Of a stretch of DNA of 64,000 nt, positions 45,821 to 58,283 are shown one piece after another (within the stretch, counting starts at the first letter, position 1; the number at the start of each line of letters is the position of its first letter). Where the stretch lies: contig NIVC01003088.1 of assembly GCA_002269645.1 (NCBI GenBank), positions 56,260-120,259 on the forward strand. The letters are read 5' to 3'. The notes under the pieces were generated by a model. It was not told where the DNA came from, did not search any database, and saw only the letters and a list, made by a program, of their open reading frames with translations. Source of the DNA: Macrostomum lignano (lineage: Eukaryota). The position numbers and the translations under genes are program-made.

Positions 45821-46222
45821 TCAATTAAACATGTGATCAATAGTGAGCTCCAGGTCGCCATTATTCTGTTCGAGAACTCGCAGGGCGGCCTCCTCATCGG
45901 TGATGCCCATCTCTCTCAGCGCTCGCAATTGGTTAGCAAACCTCTGCCTAGCTGGAATCAGAGTGAACGCTTGCGCCATCGCTTGGCGCAGGAAATCCGA
46001 CGACACTTGGCCGGCGCTACCGCCCGAAGCTCCGCCGGAAGCTCCGCCGGAAGCTGACGAAGAGGTCGGACGCGAGCGCGATCCGCGTTGCATCGGCGAT
46101 GGTGTCGGCATGGCGGCTGCGGCGGCGCCGTCCTCACCTTCGCCATCGTTGTCCTCGTCTTCGTCTAGAACGGACTCGAAGTCTACGTTGTAATTGGCGC
46201 CAGGGGGCATGTTGCCAGCGAC
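45821..46222 (-). CDS. UBL7: Ubiquitin-like protein 7, last exon (UBA domain)
   Basis: VSSDFLRQAM...QLRALREMGITDEEAALRVLEQNNGDLELTIDHMF matches the UBL7 C-terminus; phase 0 acceptor 46225-23. Confidence 0.85.
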   Translation of the reverse strand, partial: VAGNMPPGANYNVDFESVLDEDEDNDGEGEDGAAAAAMPTPSPMQRGSRSRPTSSSASGGASGGASGGSAGQVSSDFLRQAMAQAFTLIPARQRFANQLRALREMGITDEEAALRVLEQNNGDLELTIDHMFN

Positions 46223-46350
46223 CTGGGGGGGGGGCGTTACGCAAGGGCAAGCTTATAATTGATGTTCAGTGCTATAGATAAACAGAGATAACCAGGAAAA
46301 ATAAACGTAAGTATTTTAACCATTTACTTGGTTGCGTTAACTGTTACCTG

Positions 46351-47540
46351 TACCATACTGACACTGCAGCCTATGCCATACTGACACTGCAGCCTATGCC
46401 ATACTGACACTGCAGCCTATGCCATACTGACACTGCAGCCTATGCCATACTCTGACACTGCAGCCTATGCCATACTGACACTGCAGCCTATGCCATACTC
46501 TGACACTGCAGCCTATGCCATACTGACACTGCAGCCTATGCCATACTCTGACACTGCAGCCTATGCCATACTGACACTGCAGCCTATGCCAGACTGACAC
46601 TGCAGCCTATGCCATACTCTGACACTGCAGCCTATGCCATACTCTGACACTGCAGCCTATGCATACTGACACTGCAGCCTATGCCATACTGACACTGCAG
46701 CCTATGCCATACTCTGACACTGCAGCCTATGCCATACTGACACTGCAGCCTATGCCATACTCTGACACTGCAGCCTATGCCATACTGACACTGCAGCCTA
46801 TGCCATACTCTGACACTGCAGCCTATGCCATACTGACACTGCAGCCTATGCCAGACTGACACTGCAGCCTATGCCATACTCTGACACTGCAGCCTATGCA
46901 TACTGACACTGCAGCCTATGCCATACTGACACTGCAGCCTATGCCATACTGACACTGCAGCCTATGCCATACTCTGACACTGCAGCCTATGCATACTGAC
47001 ACTGCAGCCTATGCCATACTGACACTGCAGCCTATGCCATACTCTGACACTGCAGCCTATGCCATACTGACACTGCAGCCTATGCCATACTGACACTGCA
47101 GCCTATGCCAGACTGACACTGCAGCCTATGCCATACTCTGACACTGCAGCCTATGCCATACTGACACTGCAGCCTATGCATACTGACACTGCAGCCTATG
47201 CCATACTCTGACACTGCAGCCTATGCCATACTGACACTGCAGTCTATGCCATACTGACACTGCAGCCTATGCCATACTGACACTGCAGTCTATGCCAGAC
47301 TGACACTGCAGCCTATGCCATACTCTGACACTGCAGCCTATGCCAGACTGACACTGCAGCCTATGCCATACTGACACTGCAGCCTATGCCATACTGACAC
47401 TGCAGCCTATGCCATACTGACACTGCAGCCTATGCCATACTGACACTGCAGCCTATGCCATACTGACACTGCAGCCTATGCCATACTGACACTGCAGCCT
47501 ATGCCATACTGACACTGCAGCCTATGCCATACTGACACTG
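46351..47540. repeat. 23/25 bp intronic minisatellite CCATACTGACACTGCAGCCTATG
   Basis: About 50 units, partly alternating 23+25. Confidence 0.95.
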
Positions 47541-47599
47541 TCCTAATATGCTAGGCTGTGCCAGAACCTGACATCTTCCCCATAACCACAGTTCCTTAC

Positions 47600-48063
47600 C
47601 GCAGAAGCAGCACCCGGAGCCGATGTTGGCAGTCGAGCACTCTGCGCATTCTGTTGCACCCGCTTAACAACGGTCGCTATGGCACTAGCTAACACTGGAT
47701 GACGCCTAACCAGCTGTTGCAATAGTCGCGGCCGTTTCAACATTACGCCCTGCAGACGGTGATCAGTGATAATCTCTTGTGCCCGGCGATCTTCACCCAG
47801 CCCGGGAACATCAGCCGCGTCCAGTTGCGAGGCGGCTTTGCACAGAGCCAGCAGACCGCCAGGCAGCAAAGCGGCGGAGTGCAATGAGCGGAGAGTCTGC
47901 TCAACCAGCTGCTGAGAATTGGCCGAAGAACGGTGACGATTTCTAGCAACAAATTGTACGCTTAAACTAGTTTTGCTGCCGGTCACGGATTTGGCATCCT
48001 GGTGCAACAGCTGATTGAGACTTTTCGACAGGTCCTCGTAGCGAACTCCGCGGCAGATGGCCA
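47600..48063 (-). CDS. UBL7: Ubiquitin-like protein 7, internal exon
   Basis: ICRGVRYED, VPGLGEDRRA, LVRRHPVLASAI match UBL7 IYCGRKLKD, TPGLSSDPIA, LVPAHPALVNAI; donor GTAAGG. Confidence 0.8.
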
Positions 48064-48130
48064 CTGAAGAAAGAAGAGCAATTGAAATTTAAGTGAAAAA
48101 AGTACAACACAGTTTCAAGCTTGCTAGGGT

Positions 48131-49116
48131 CAAGGACTACTAAAGTAGGACGGGAAAGTTCGTTTCTTAGAAAATTTCAGGAGGCAGACTTTATCTTATC
48201 TGCACAAAAATTGTTATTGCTTTTCATAGGAGGCAGACCCTGTGTTCATATTTTCATTTGTTTTACCTTTCTTATAGCTCTATTGATATTCATGTAGTAG
48301 GGCATTAATTAAGGAGTAGAATAGGCACGGATTAAAAATGCTTTTACGCTACTAACAGTAGTTTTAGCTAGGGGAAATAATTAGAGCGGGGTAAATCGCT
48401 AATTTTGGCACTTTACTACTAGAAAATAGCAGTAGCGCTCTTGGAGAATATATCGGGTTCCATTGCGACAGAAAATTCTAAAGGAATTTAGTAAGAAAGG
48501 GGAAGAAAAGGGGGATATAATTTAGGAATGCACAAAGAGGAGTCTTGCCTCGAAAACATTATTGGGAGTCTTGCCCAGAGCACATAAGGAAGATAGGGAA
48601 TTAATGTAAAACCAACCATTTGTACAAGTATTATTTTATTTTCTAATGTGCGTTAGAAAATGAAAAAATGAAAAATTCATTGGTATCCTGACTCAATTCT
48701 TTAAACACTACATACTAGGATTAGAGAAAAGCAGGAACCTGGTGGCAGTACACCTAGAATCTACCAATACACCCAGAAAATCCACTAAGTCCGAAAGTAG
48801 ACAAACCAGTAAGCCTAGACCGCAGGTACCACGCTTGTCCATTCACAAAGCTTTTTGCTCAGAAAATTTTGATTCTATGTTTATTTTTTAATTCTACATA
48901 CATTCCCAGTGCCAAAAAACATACAACATAAAAATGCATGGCACGGCTTGACTCATTGTTTTTATGTATATTTTTTTCTAATTCTTAGCTTACTGTGTTA
49001 CAATATGTGTAACAGAGATGATAAAATAGATTTATAAAACCAATGAGTTGACCTGCACCATTCATTTTTATAATTTTTCATGAAATGTAGTTTCCCATCC
49101 ACCTAAGTAATCCTTG
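48131..49116. mobile_element. Diverged relative of the CAAGG MITE with an internal insertion; 8-bp TSD GCTAGGGT
   Basis: TSD at 48123-30 and 49117-24; ends CAAGG/CCTTG. Confidence 0.8.
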
Positions 49117-51429
49117 GCTAGGGTATTCTAGGAATACCTTGGAGTTTGCTACACTGAGTTCTTTTTAATAGATGGATGGTGAATAAAGCCTAAAGAGACA
49201 TGAGGAGAAACTATAAATGGAGACATTAACCAACAGAGAAAGGAAGAAATGAAGGCACACGAGGAGAGGCGTGCAATGCTGCCAGAGGAACTGGTAGGCC
49301 TAGGTGCCAAACGATTGGAAAGTCAAAGGGCTGCTATACACCCACCATGTGAGTGTGTGTACGAGTGCATATCTGCATACAGGCTTGTGTGTGCTCAGGC
49401 GCCAGTGGAATTGTCAGGATTGACATAGGAGACGATTTTCTTACTGCATATCAATAACTCTTTCTAACCCATTCTCCATAGAAAGGGTTTCTTTTTTGGC
49501 ATTGACTTGAAAATAAATACATTTGAAAAATGATTTACTGATACTAGTATATAGTTATATAAGATATTTTGACAACTTACCAACATGAGATGCAGTCCAA
49601 TTGAAATTCACATTCGACTGCTTGTTCCAACAAAGATCAAAAACTTTACTTAGTGTTGTATCCATGGTCACACTGTTTAAATCAATAATAAAGAAGTCAG
49701 TTGGTGACCTTTCAGCCCTAGATTCAAATATACTAACTTTTAGGTCCATGACAGTTTTAGTATTAGACCAGCTGATTGATAGCTGCAAAATTTAAAGTTA
49801 TGCATGCAGTTTGTTAAGTAAAAAACAAAAAACAGATTTTTCAAATAAAAAATATACTATTTTGATGGAAAGACCTTGATTAATTAAAAATAAGATCCAA
49901 ATTGTAAAAAACAAGCGTAACAACCTACATTGGCTAAGGCACTATAATATATTGAAGCAAATTCCTAGAGAAAAAGTCATACTGATGGTACTAAACTTAA
50001 CATAACTTAAAATTAAAAGTTAGACTGAGATGACTCTTAAGCCATTAGAGTAAACGGAGTCAAATTTTGCTCTGTTTTTATTGAATCAATTTTCAGTTAA
50101 TCAACTTACTACCTTTTAGACTTTACCATTAATGTGACCCACATATTTGTAGAATTTATTCAAATATACTAGGTATAGACATGACCTAAATAGAGCTCCA
50201 TCTGCTGTGATTATACAATAAAAGTAAGTTTTTTATTACTAAAAGAAGGAAAAATAATAAGGTCTATATAATCTTGAATTTTGAATTTCTGTATTCTGGA
50301 TAATTATTTGATTTCAATCTTTCAAATCTATTATTAGGCTTAGTATTACTATATTAGCCTTATTAGGCCTATTATTAAGTGATTGCTTGCATAGGCTAGT
50401 GTTTATAATTAATTTGCTCCAACCATAGAAATGAAAACTCTGTATATATCTATCTATCTATCTATATACAAATTTGTTTGCCATAGACTCCTTAACAACT
50501 CAACCAAATGATACAAAATTTTGCACCTTTCCCTAAACTCACTATAGAGAATATTTTAGGCAAACTAAAAATTTCTTAAATCTAAGTCTTACTACCTAAA
50601 AGTGCAAAAACAGCTAAAATAGTGGAATATATATATTTTTTTACTAAATTCTCTATACTACTCTAAATAAATAAGAGTTAGAGGAGTTCAGAGGAGAGAA
50701 AGCAAAAGGGGCAAGAAAAGAGAAGAATGATTATCACTCTCCCCTCTCTTTTTGCTTTCCTATTATTCCTTTATGGAGTACTGTGGAATATTTACTTAGT
50801 AAAAAAGTAGTGTATTTTTTTGCCATTTTTGCATTTTTAGGTTTTTATGAGAGATGAAAATGGAAAGAAAAGTGAGAAATTGCAGTGAGAAAAGAAGAAA
50901 GGAAAAAGGAAAGAGAAGAATGATAAGAAAAAGAAAGAGAGAAGATAAAGATAGTTTCAAGGAACCCAAGGGTCAGAAAGAGGCAGACTAGAGTTTTCCA
51001 ATTCATGCTTTATATAGATTGATATTGCCTGTCATTCTAGATGGCAACCTTAACTAACAAGATCATGCTTGAGCAGAACCTAGGGATTTACCTAGTAGCA
51101 ATTTCTATTGGCAACATGCATATGTAAGTTGCTATTGGATAGAATCTATAGTTTGGAAGGTAACATATGCTAGGATTTCCTAGTATACAACAGGATTACT
51201 TGACATTTTTCAATATGCATTAACATATATCTCAGCATATATGACTCAGTGGAAACATTATATTAATGACACATTTTTTAGTTCCAGCATACAAATGAAG
51301 TCTTGAATTTTTTCTAATATTAGACCTTGCATATATAAATATACGAGGCCAACTCCTCCATTGGCGGAGTAAGGGGATAGAACTCCCATCGCCAGAATTT
51401 CATTCCCTGAAATCCATCAGCTGAATCCA

Positions 51430-52830
51430 ATGACACGAATCCCATTATCCAAATCCTTTCCAAATCCTCTATTAACCTCCCAAAAACCATATTGTTTTAC
51501 CTGTTTGCAAAAATTGACTGCCTGCCATTGTCCAGACTGAGACTCTTGTCTGTCCCTCTCTCCTCTTTGCTCTCTTATCTCTAATCTCTCCTCTCTCCTC
51601 TCTGCTCTCATCTTCTCATTTATCTATCATTTCTCATCTCATCTCTCATCTCTACTCTCTTATCTCTCCTTTCTGCGCTCTCATATCTATACTCTCTTCT
51701 TTCTCGTCACTACTTTTTCCTCTCCTCTTTTATCTCTTCTCTCTCCTCTCCTTTATCTCCTCTCTGCTCTCTCATCTCTCTACTTTCTCCCCTCTCCTCT
51801 CTCCCTTATCCTCTCGCTTCTCTCTCCTCTCCCTCCCCTCATCTCTACTCATTTATCTCTTCTCTCTTGTCTTTCGGCTCTACTCCCTCCTGTCTCCTCT
51901 TCCTCCTCTCTTACCCCCTCTCCTCTCTCCTCTCAATTCCCTCATCTCTTCTCTTGTCTTTATTCTCTTTTTCTTTTCTTTAATCTGTCCCTTTTAATTC
52001 TCTCTTTTCATTTTCTCTTTTATCTAATATTTTATCAACTCTTTCCTTTTCTCTTTTCTCTATTCCCTTTCATTTAGCCATTTCATCCTCTCTATGAAAC
52101 AGATATCATCAAAATCCTCTCCGTTAAACTGCAATCCAGCGTGTATCATCTCCTTCAAGCTACAATCCATCAATTTAAAAAATATTATCTCTATCAAATT
52201 TCAGTCACTTAAGACTATGAAACTGAAGTCTATAAAAATATGCTTTTTACTTGTTTGGGTATACGTCAAAAAATCTTCAAAATCCTCCATAAAACCTCTG
52301 AAATATCATAGCATGTTTTCCCTGTTTGCAAAAATTGACTGACATGGTCCAGACTGAGACTCTCTCCTGTCTCCTCTCTCCTCTTTGCTCCTTTATCTAA
52401 TCTCTTCTCTCTGCTCTCATCTCCTCTCTCATCTCTACTCTTACTTTCTTATCAATCATTTCCCATCTCTCATCTCTCCTCTCTGCGCTCTCTATTTTCT
52501 CATCTCTATTCTCTCATCTTTCCCCTCTCCTCTCTACTGTCTCCTGTCTCATCTCTCCTCTCTCTTCTATCTCCTCTGTACTCTCTTATCCCTCCTCTCT
52601 CCTCCCATCTTTCCTCCCTCCTTTGCTCTCTCATTTTTCCTCTCCCCTCCTTTCTTCCCTCTACATTCTCTTCTCTTCACTTTCCCTCTTCATCATTTCT
52701 GCCTCACTCCCCTCTTCTCTCCCCTCTGTTGTCGACTCGTCTTTAATCTCTTAGCTCTCATATCTACTGTCTTTTCTATCATCTTTCTATCCTCTCTTCT
52801 TGAAATCTCTCTTCTCTCTACTCTCTTATC
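51430..52830. repeat. Duplicated unit with CT-rich low-complexity tails
   Basis: CCTGTTTGCAAAAATTGACTG..GTCCAGACTGAGACTC occurs near 51500 and 52320, each followed by a CT tract. Confidence 0.75.
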
Positions 52831-54182
52831 TGACGGACTGAAAGCACCGATAATCAAACCAATTGAAATTTGTCACCGCCTCCTCCATTACTGAAATTAC
52901 TCAAATGACAGCTAGCTTGAATTTCTGTACGCAACCCCCTCCAAGTACAATCTTGGCAGAAAGTTTAAAAGTATGGAAATCATTTTTTCAATGCTGTGCT
53001 TTTTGTTTTCATATTTAAAGCAAATAACTTATATCCCCAAACTCAGCGTTGCAAGATCTTTCCAGCAATATAAATTCTCTCCTCTCAAAGCTTAAAACTC
53101 AAGGAACAGTTAGCGTTTGAACTTCCCGATTTAAAGCATCGAAGTATCGACTGTACATTCACTGCCTGCTAGTAAGAGGCTGGCAAATTTATTCATTGAA
53201 TTTAGCTGCCCAGCTAAATACACAGTCTTTTGAAAGACGCCGATAATAAAACCAATTGAATCTCGACACAGTCCTTATCTATCTGTTTACACAGTACATT
53301 TCTATGTACACTCAGCCCAAACCAACCCCCCTATTCCGGGCCGGGGGAATCATTAAATTTTACTTCACCCCCAACACGCGGGGGTTTTATTAGCATTGAA
53401 CCCAGAACACGCGTCACCCACCCCTCCAAAACACAGCGACCCGCGGGAAGAGGTTGGGGTGGTTGTTTTTACAATTATGCCACTACCCCTCCACTGGAGA
53501 GGCAAAGTGGCCAAAGAAGGTTAAGAAAACAGTTTTTTGCTTTTTTAACTGACTTAATTTTGGAAATTTCAACATTAAAATAGCCTATTTGTTGCGTAAG
53601 AAAATTCTGCATTGACATATATAAGTCTCGCATTTGAGTTGCCAGCCGTCTAGGAGGAGATACGCATTAAACCTGGCCGGTCAATCGATCGATCCACTCA
53701 GCTTTAGATATAAGATAATCCAAACTATGAGACAGAATAATAGCCATATGACTGCTTGTAGTCAATAGTGACTAATGACTTACATGTATATGTGCATTGC
53801 CAATAAAAATGGCCAAGGGATTCCTAAGGACCCAAGGTTGCACTATATGTGAATAAAATCAATGCTTACCTCAAACTTTAATTCAATAGAATTATTTTAT
53901 TATATATTAATTTATATTATTGTAATTATTACTAAGATTTTATTGGTTATATGATATTAATAATTTAATGTATTCTAAAGATACTTTATTGAAATAAGTG
54001 GACAAAAGGCATCCAACTATTAGTCATAGTTTTGGAATTTATTTTCTAGAGTTACATTATGGCTGGAGTCAAGGCAGATAATGCAGCATAGTGCAGTTTT
54101 GGGTAAATAGCAAGAGTAACTATGACTATCTTACTAAGGCTAAATGCCTTACTATCTAATTAGTATTACACCTGTATTCAGT

Positions 54183-54355
54183 GCATGCTTGGGCGCAACC
54201 TAGGGATTCATCCGGCTATTTCAATTGGCAACACACACATGTAAGTCACTATTGGACGGAATAGTAGTCACGTGACTGCTCTCAACCAATAGCAACTTAC
54301 ATGTGTGTGTTGCCAATAGAAACAGCCAGGTGAATCCCAAGGTTGCGCATGCATG
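54183..54355. mobile_element. Small palindromic MITE-like element, related decayed copies near 51065 and 53760
   Basis: Arms GCGCAACCTAGGGATTCA...AAGTCACTATTGG / CCAATAGCAACTT...TGAATCCCAAGGTTGCGC. Confidence 0.7.
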
Positions 54356-56229
54356 ATTCAGTGCAAAAGTTAACATGTTGACTATTGTGTTGCATCGGGT
54401 TTTTGAGTTTTTAAAATATATTAGAAAAGTACCATATAGATCAAGCTAAAGTTGAAAACAGTTTGACCAAATGTTTAGTCCTATAAAAGACCACTGATTA
54501 GTGATTATAATTATTATTATTACACCACACTTAGAGACATAGCCACTGTCTATAATGATATAGTGCCTAAGAAGTACTGAAGTAATAACTATTTTTATGC
54601 ATGAATACTGTATTTCTTAGAAAGCTTTTGTTCAAATTCGCACAAAAACTAAATATTTTGTTTAAATGTTGTGATCTGTAAAAATATTTTTGGGAATTAT
54701 TATTTTCTTAAAATTACGCCAATTCATAGTATAAATAGGGGCCTAGATTGGGCCAGGAAAAATAAATTGTGACCTTTTGCTGCCTCTTGGTTTTCAATAA
54801 GCAAACTTAGTTTGTTCTAAATATTGAAATCACTTCAAGACTTGATCATTTCTTAGAGTAGAAGCCCCAAATCAGGAGTATTAAGATCCCCTAAAAAGCG
54901 AGAATCACCTCAGGGCAGGAAAACGATAGAAAATAGTGAATTCGCCTCAGGGTAGAAGAACCGCTTCATAGCAAGGGAAAGTCACCTCAGGGCAGGGAAA
55001 ATATAAAGCTATGACCCTTTGATCCCGGGAACGCCAGGACTGAGAGATATAAGAGTAAACAGTGCCAATAGACTGCTCAGGCAAAAGGTACAGTGCATGT
55101 ACAACCACTACCATTAGATAAGTAGACGCTACCAATATAAGTAGATAAGTAGACGCTACCAATATCAGTAGTACATTTATGCAAAAGTACATTAAGTAGA
55201 AAGACAGAATTAACACACCTATAACAGCTTGGTGGCAGCGAGTAAAGCTAAACAAAAGAATAATTAAGAGCCCTAGGACAGCTTTTGGTAAAAGCAGTGG
55301 GATATTATTAAGAAGGAAGAATCTCCCCTGTTACAATAAGTATAGACTTAGTCATTATTAAAGGCATGGCCACTATGTCAATGAAACTTGCATGGTAGGC
55401 ATGTCTTTAATATTGAATGGGTTTGCACTTGATGATATGATGGGTGGTCATGTCATTAATATTGAATGGGTTCACACTTAAAGACACGGTGGGTGGCCAT
55501 GTCTATAATATTAGAGCTTATAGGCATGGCTGCCATGTATATAATCATCAATATAAAATGCATGTTCTGTAGGGCTCTCTCATAAGCCAATAACGGCTTA
55601 GCAGATAAGTTAATTGCCTTGTGATTGTGTCAAAAGATTCAAATCCCAAGTGGACAGAGTTTTTTATTTGAATTTTTTTAAATGAAATTAAATTTTTTAA
55701 AGTAACACTAAATCTTAAAGTGTGGCCCTAATTATATATGTAAGTTGTAACTACTGAAAAAATAGTTACAACCATTTTTTCGATACATATTGGCCATACT
55801 TTGTTATAAGGTAAACATTATATAGCCTTATTAAATGTGTAATTAAACGACTTGAAAATAAATAAAATTCTAACAATAAGTGAAGACAAAAACATAGGAA
55901 AATTCTAATAATATAAAATGTGTAATAATCTATAACTTTGAATACTTATAGATACAGCAATAAATATAATTGTGGTCGCACTTTAAATTGTTTTACTCTT
56001 ATTAAAAAAATTAATTTAATTTATAATTTTATTTTAATTAAAAAACTTAAAAAGTTCAAGATGCAAAAATTTTTGTCTGCTAAAAAATTCAAATTAAAAA
56101 AACTTCAACCACTTGAGATTTGAACCTTTCTACACACAATCACAAGGCAATTGACATATCCACTAAGCCACCATTTGCTTATGAGGGAACCCTATAGAAC
56201 ATGCATTTTATATTGATGATTATAGCTGT

Positions 56230-57415
56230 CAGTGTTGGGCACCAGTCTATTAATAAATGTTAATCTGTTAATAAGCGTTAATAAGCATTAAGATTTTTCA
56301 TTAACGTTAACGGACTGTCGTTAAGATTTTTTTAACTAATGGATTAACGAATTTGCGTTAAAAGTTTTGTGAATTAACGATGAATTCATTGTTAACGGTA
56401 GTGTCTATGTCAATGACCAAAGACGCAAAGAAGGAACAAAAAATAGAAGTCTTACAAGAAGTTTAAACATTACGAATGTATTTGAGCTTACCTATATGCC
56501 TAAATATAATCTCTTTATTTATGACGATGATCATACAAATGTATATGTAATTAACAACTTCTTACAAATAAACTTTAAAATAATGAATTAAAATAGTGTG
56601 AAACTTTATTTCTTGCGCGTGAACATCAATTGCTTTGATTCACTTCTGTCCCAATCTTTCGCAACTTTTTGCTGCGCCTGCTAATGGTACTAAAACAACC
56701 TTCCTATGCGTATTTAATTATGAATTTCTTGCTATTAGCTTTTAAGTTTCAAATAAAATAAGTTACTTTTTTTACCATATGCTTTACTTTTAGTAGTATT
56801 ATGCATGCAAATTTTTAAAATGATTATTTATTACTTTTTTAGCTTTCAAATCGCTTAGATAACCTCTGTGTTTTGCTAAAAAGATGGAATAGCAAACCTG
56901 ATTGCAGCGCATGGGCATTTTGGCGGACGGCGTCCGGCGTGGATCAGCCTGCGCAGCGCAGCATTGGTGGTGGACCAGGGGTAAGTCGCAAAAATGCCAC
57001 CCCATAGAATACGGGCGTAGTACTAATTAGATGCCAAGGCATTTAGGCTTGATAGGACAGTCATAGTTACTCCTGCCGTTTACCCAAAACTGCGTTAATT
57101 TTGCTTTAGGGTTTCTTTCACAGGTAAGTCATTTCACAGCGTGGCGCAGGTTGTGTAGGCGTCTGGTGTACTTAAGCCATGCGCTGCAATAGGGATAGCA
57201 AAGATGTGCAATATGAAGTCTCTTTTGGAAAAAACATGCAAGTTTCCGTATTTTCTGTGTTAACTTTAACGGATTAATGCTTATTAATGATTATCAGTTA
57301 ATTTTCAATTAAATTAATGAAATTAAGAGTTAAAAAGTTAAGATTTTTTTGTTTTAACGCTAACGCTTTTGCTATTAATGGAAGTTAAGATTTTCATTAA
57401 CGGTGCCCAACACTG
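56230..57415. mobile_element. Non-autonomous hAT-like element, 14-bp TIR CAGTGTTGGGCACC
   Basis: Perfect TIRs; TTAACG-rich subterminal repeats; possible decayed dimerisation-domain remnant near 56600-56700; TSD ATAGCTGT imperfect on the right. Confidence 0.8.
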
Positions 57416-58040
57416 ATAGGCCCCCTAGCTGTGCCTATAAGCTCTAATATTATAGACACAGCCACCATGCCTATAAGCTCCATACTTATAGACAGCTGCC
57501 ATGCCTATAAATACTCTACATTATTTTTATTAGTATAAGTGGTTAGTGGATATCTAGCTATTATATATGCATTGTATTGCATTAGGCCTTATATTGAGTT
57601 GTAGGCCTGCCACTTAGTTGAAATAAGTTACAAGTACAAATATTAATAAAAAGTAAAAAAATCAACAATTTTTTATTAATAGGCCTTAATATTATCACAG
57701 ATTTTGTAATAGGGGGCCTAGGCTTATCTAAGACTAAGAGCAAAGAAAGTCAAAGAGTCAAAGAAACTTGAAAGATGAAATGACAATTGTTGACTAGGCC
57801 TAATATAGGCCCTATTGTCTTGATATTTAAAAGGGAATTAGTAAGCCAAGGCCTAAACTTGTCAACTATTTTTCACCAACTGGCCTAGGCCTAGCTGTAT
57901 CCTAGGCCTAGCTGTATCCTAGGTCCTACCCTAGCATATGGTATATTTATTTGTAAATTTGTAACTTAGTCAATTAGTAAATTCCTAAGTATAGTACATT
58001 TAAGTACAATATGGGCCTTCTGTTTCAGTGCACAAATAAA

Positions 58041-58283
58041 GGCAAACTCCTAGTTTGCTGCGTTGAATTTTTTTACAATGTATCTTCATGGATTGTGGGC
58101 ACAAGTGAAGGACAAGTTCCGGAAAATGCATGGCACAAGTGACGCACTATTCGAGACTCACCTGAACAAGTAGGCCCTATCTCTGGCGCCGCCTCTTCCC
58201 GGAGAAGACGTTTGGCAACTTTCTCTACTTTTAAAAGGTTTTAAATGTAAAAATAATTTAATGCAGCAAACTAGGAGTTTGCC
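58041..58283 (+). mobile_element. Merlin/IS1595-derived deletion derivative, TIR GGCAAACTCCTAGTTTGCTGC, 8-bp TSD CAAATAAA
   Basis: TSD at 58033-40 and 58284-91; internal GLWAQVKDKFRKMHGTSDALFETHL and LWRR resemble the Merlin transposase C-terminus. Confidence 0.75.

Noticed and set aside
48293-48712. Solo LTR (TGTAGT...ACTACA) inside the MITE
   Set aside because: The candidate TSD ATTCA lies about 130 bp beyond the CA end and no second copy is in the window; unresolved
49555-49788. Short minus-strand ORF with protein-like composition
   Set aside because: No motif I could assign and no splice-phase link to UBL7
55200-55245. LTR end plus PBS (TATAACA...TGGTGGCAGCG)
   Set aside because: No matching LTR start, partner LTR or gag/pol remnant recognised
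55590-56175. Inverted pair of tRNA-like heads
   Set aside because: Heavily decayed, no cloverleaf; best treated as old SINE-like fragments
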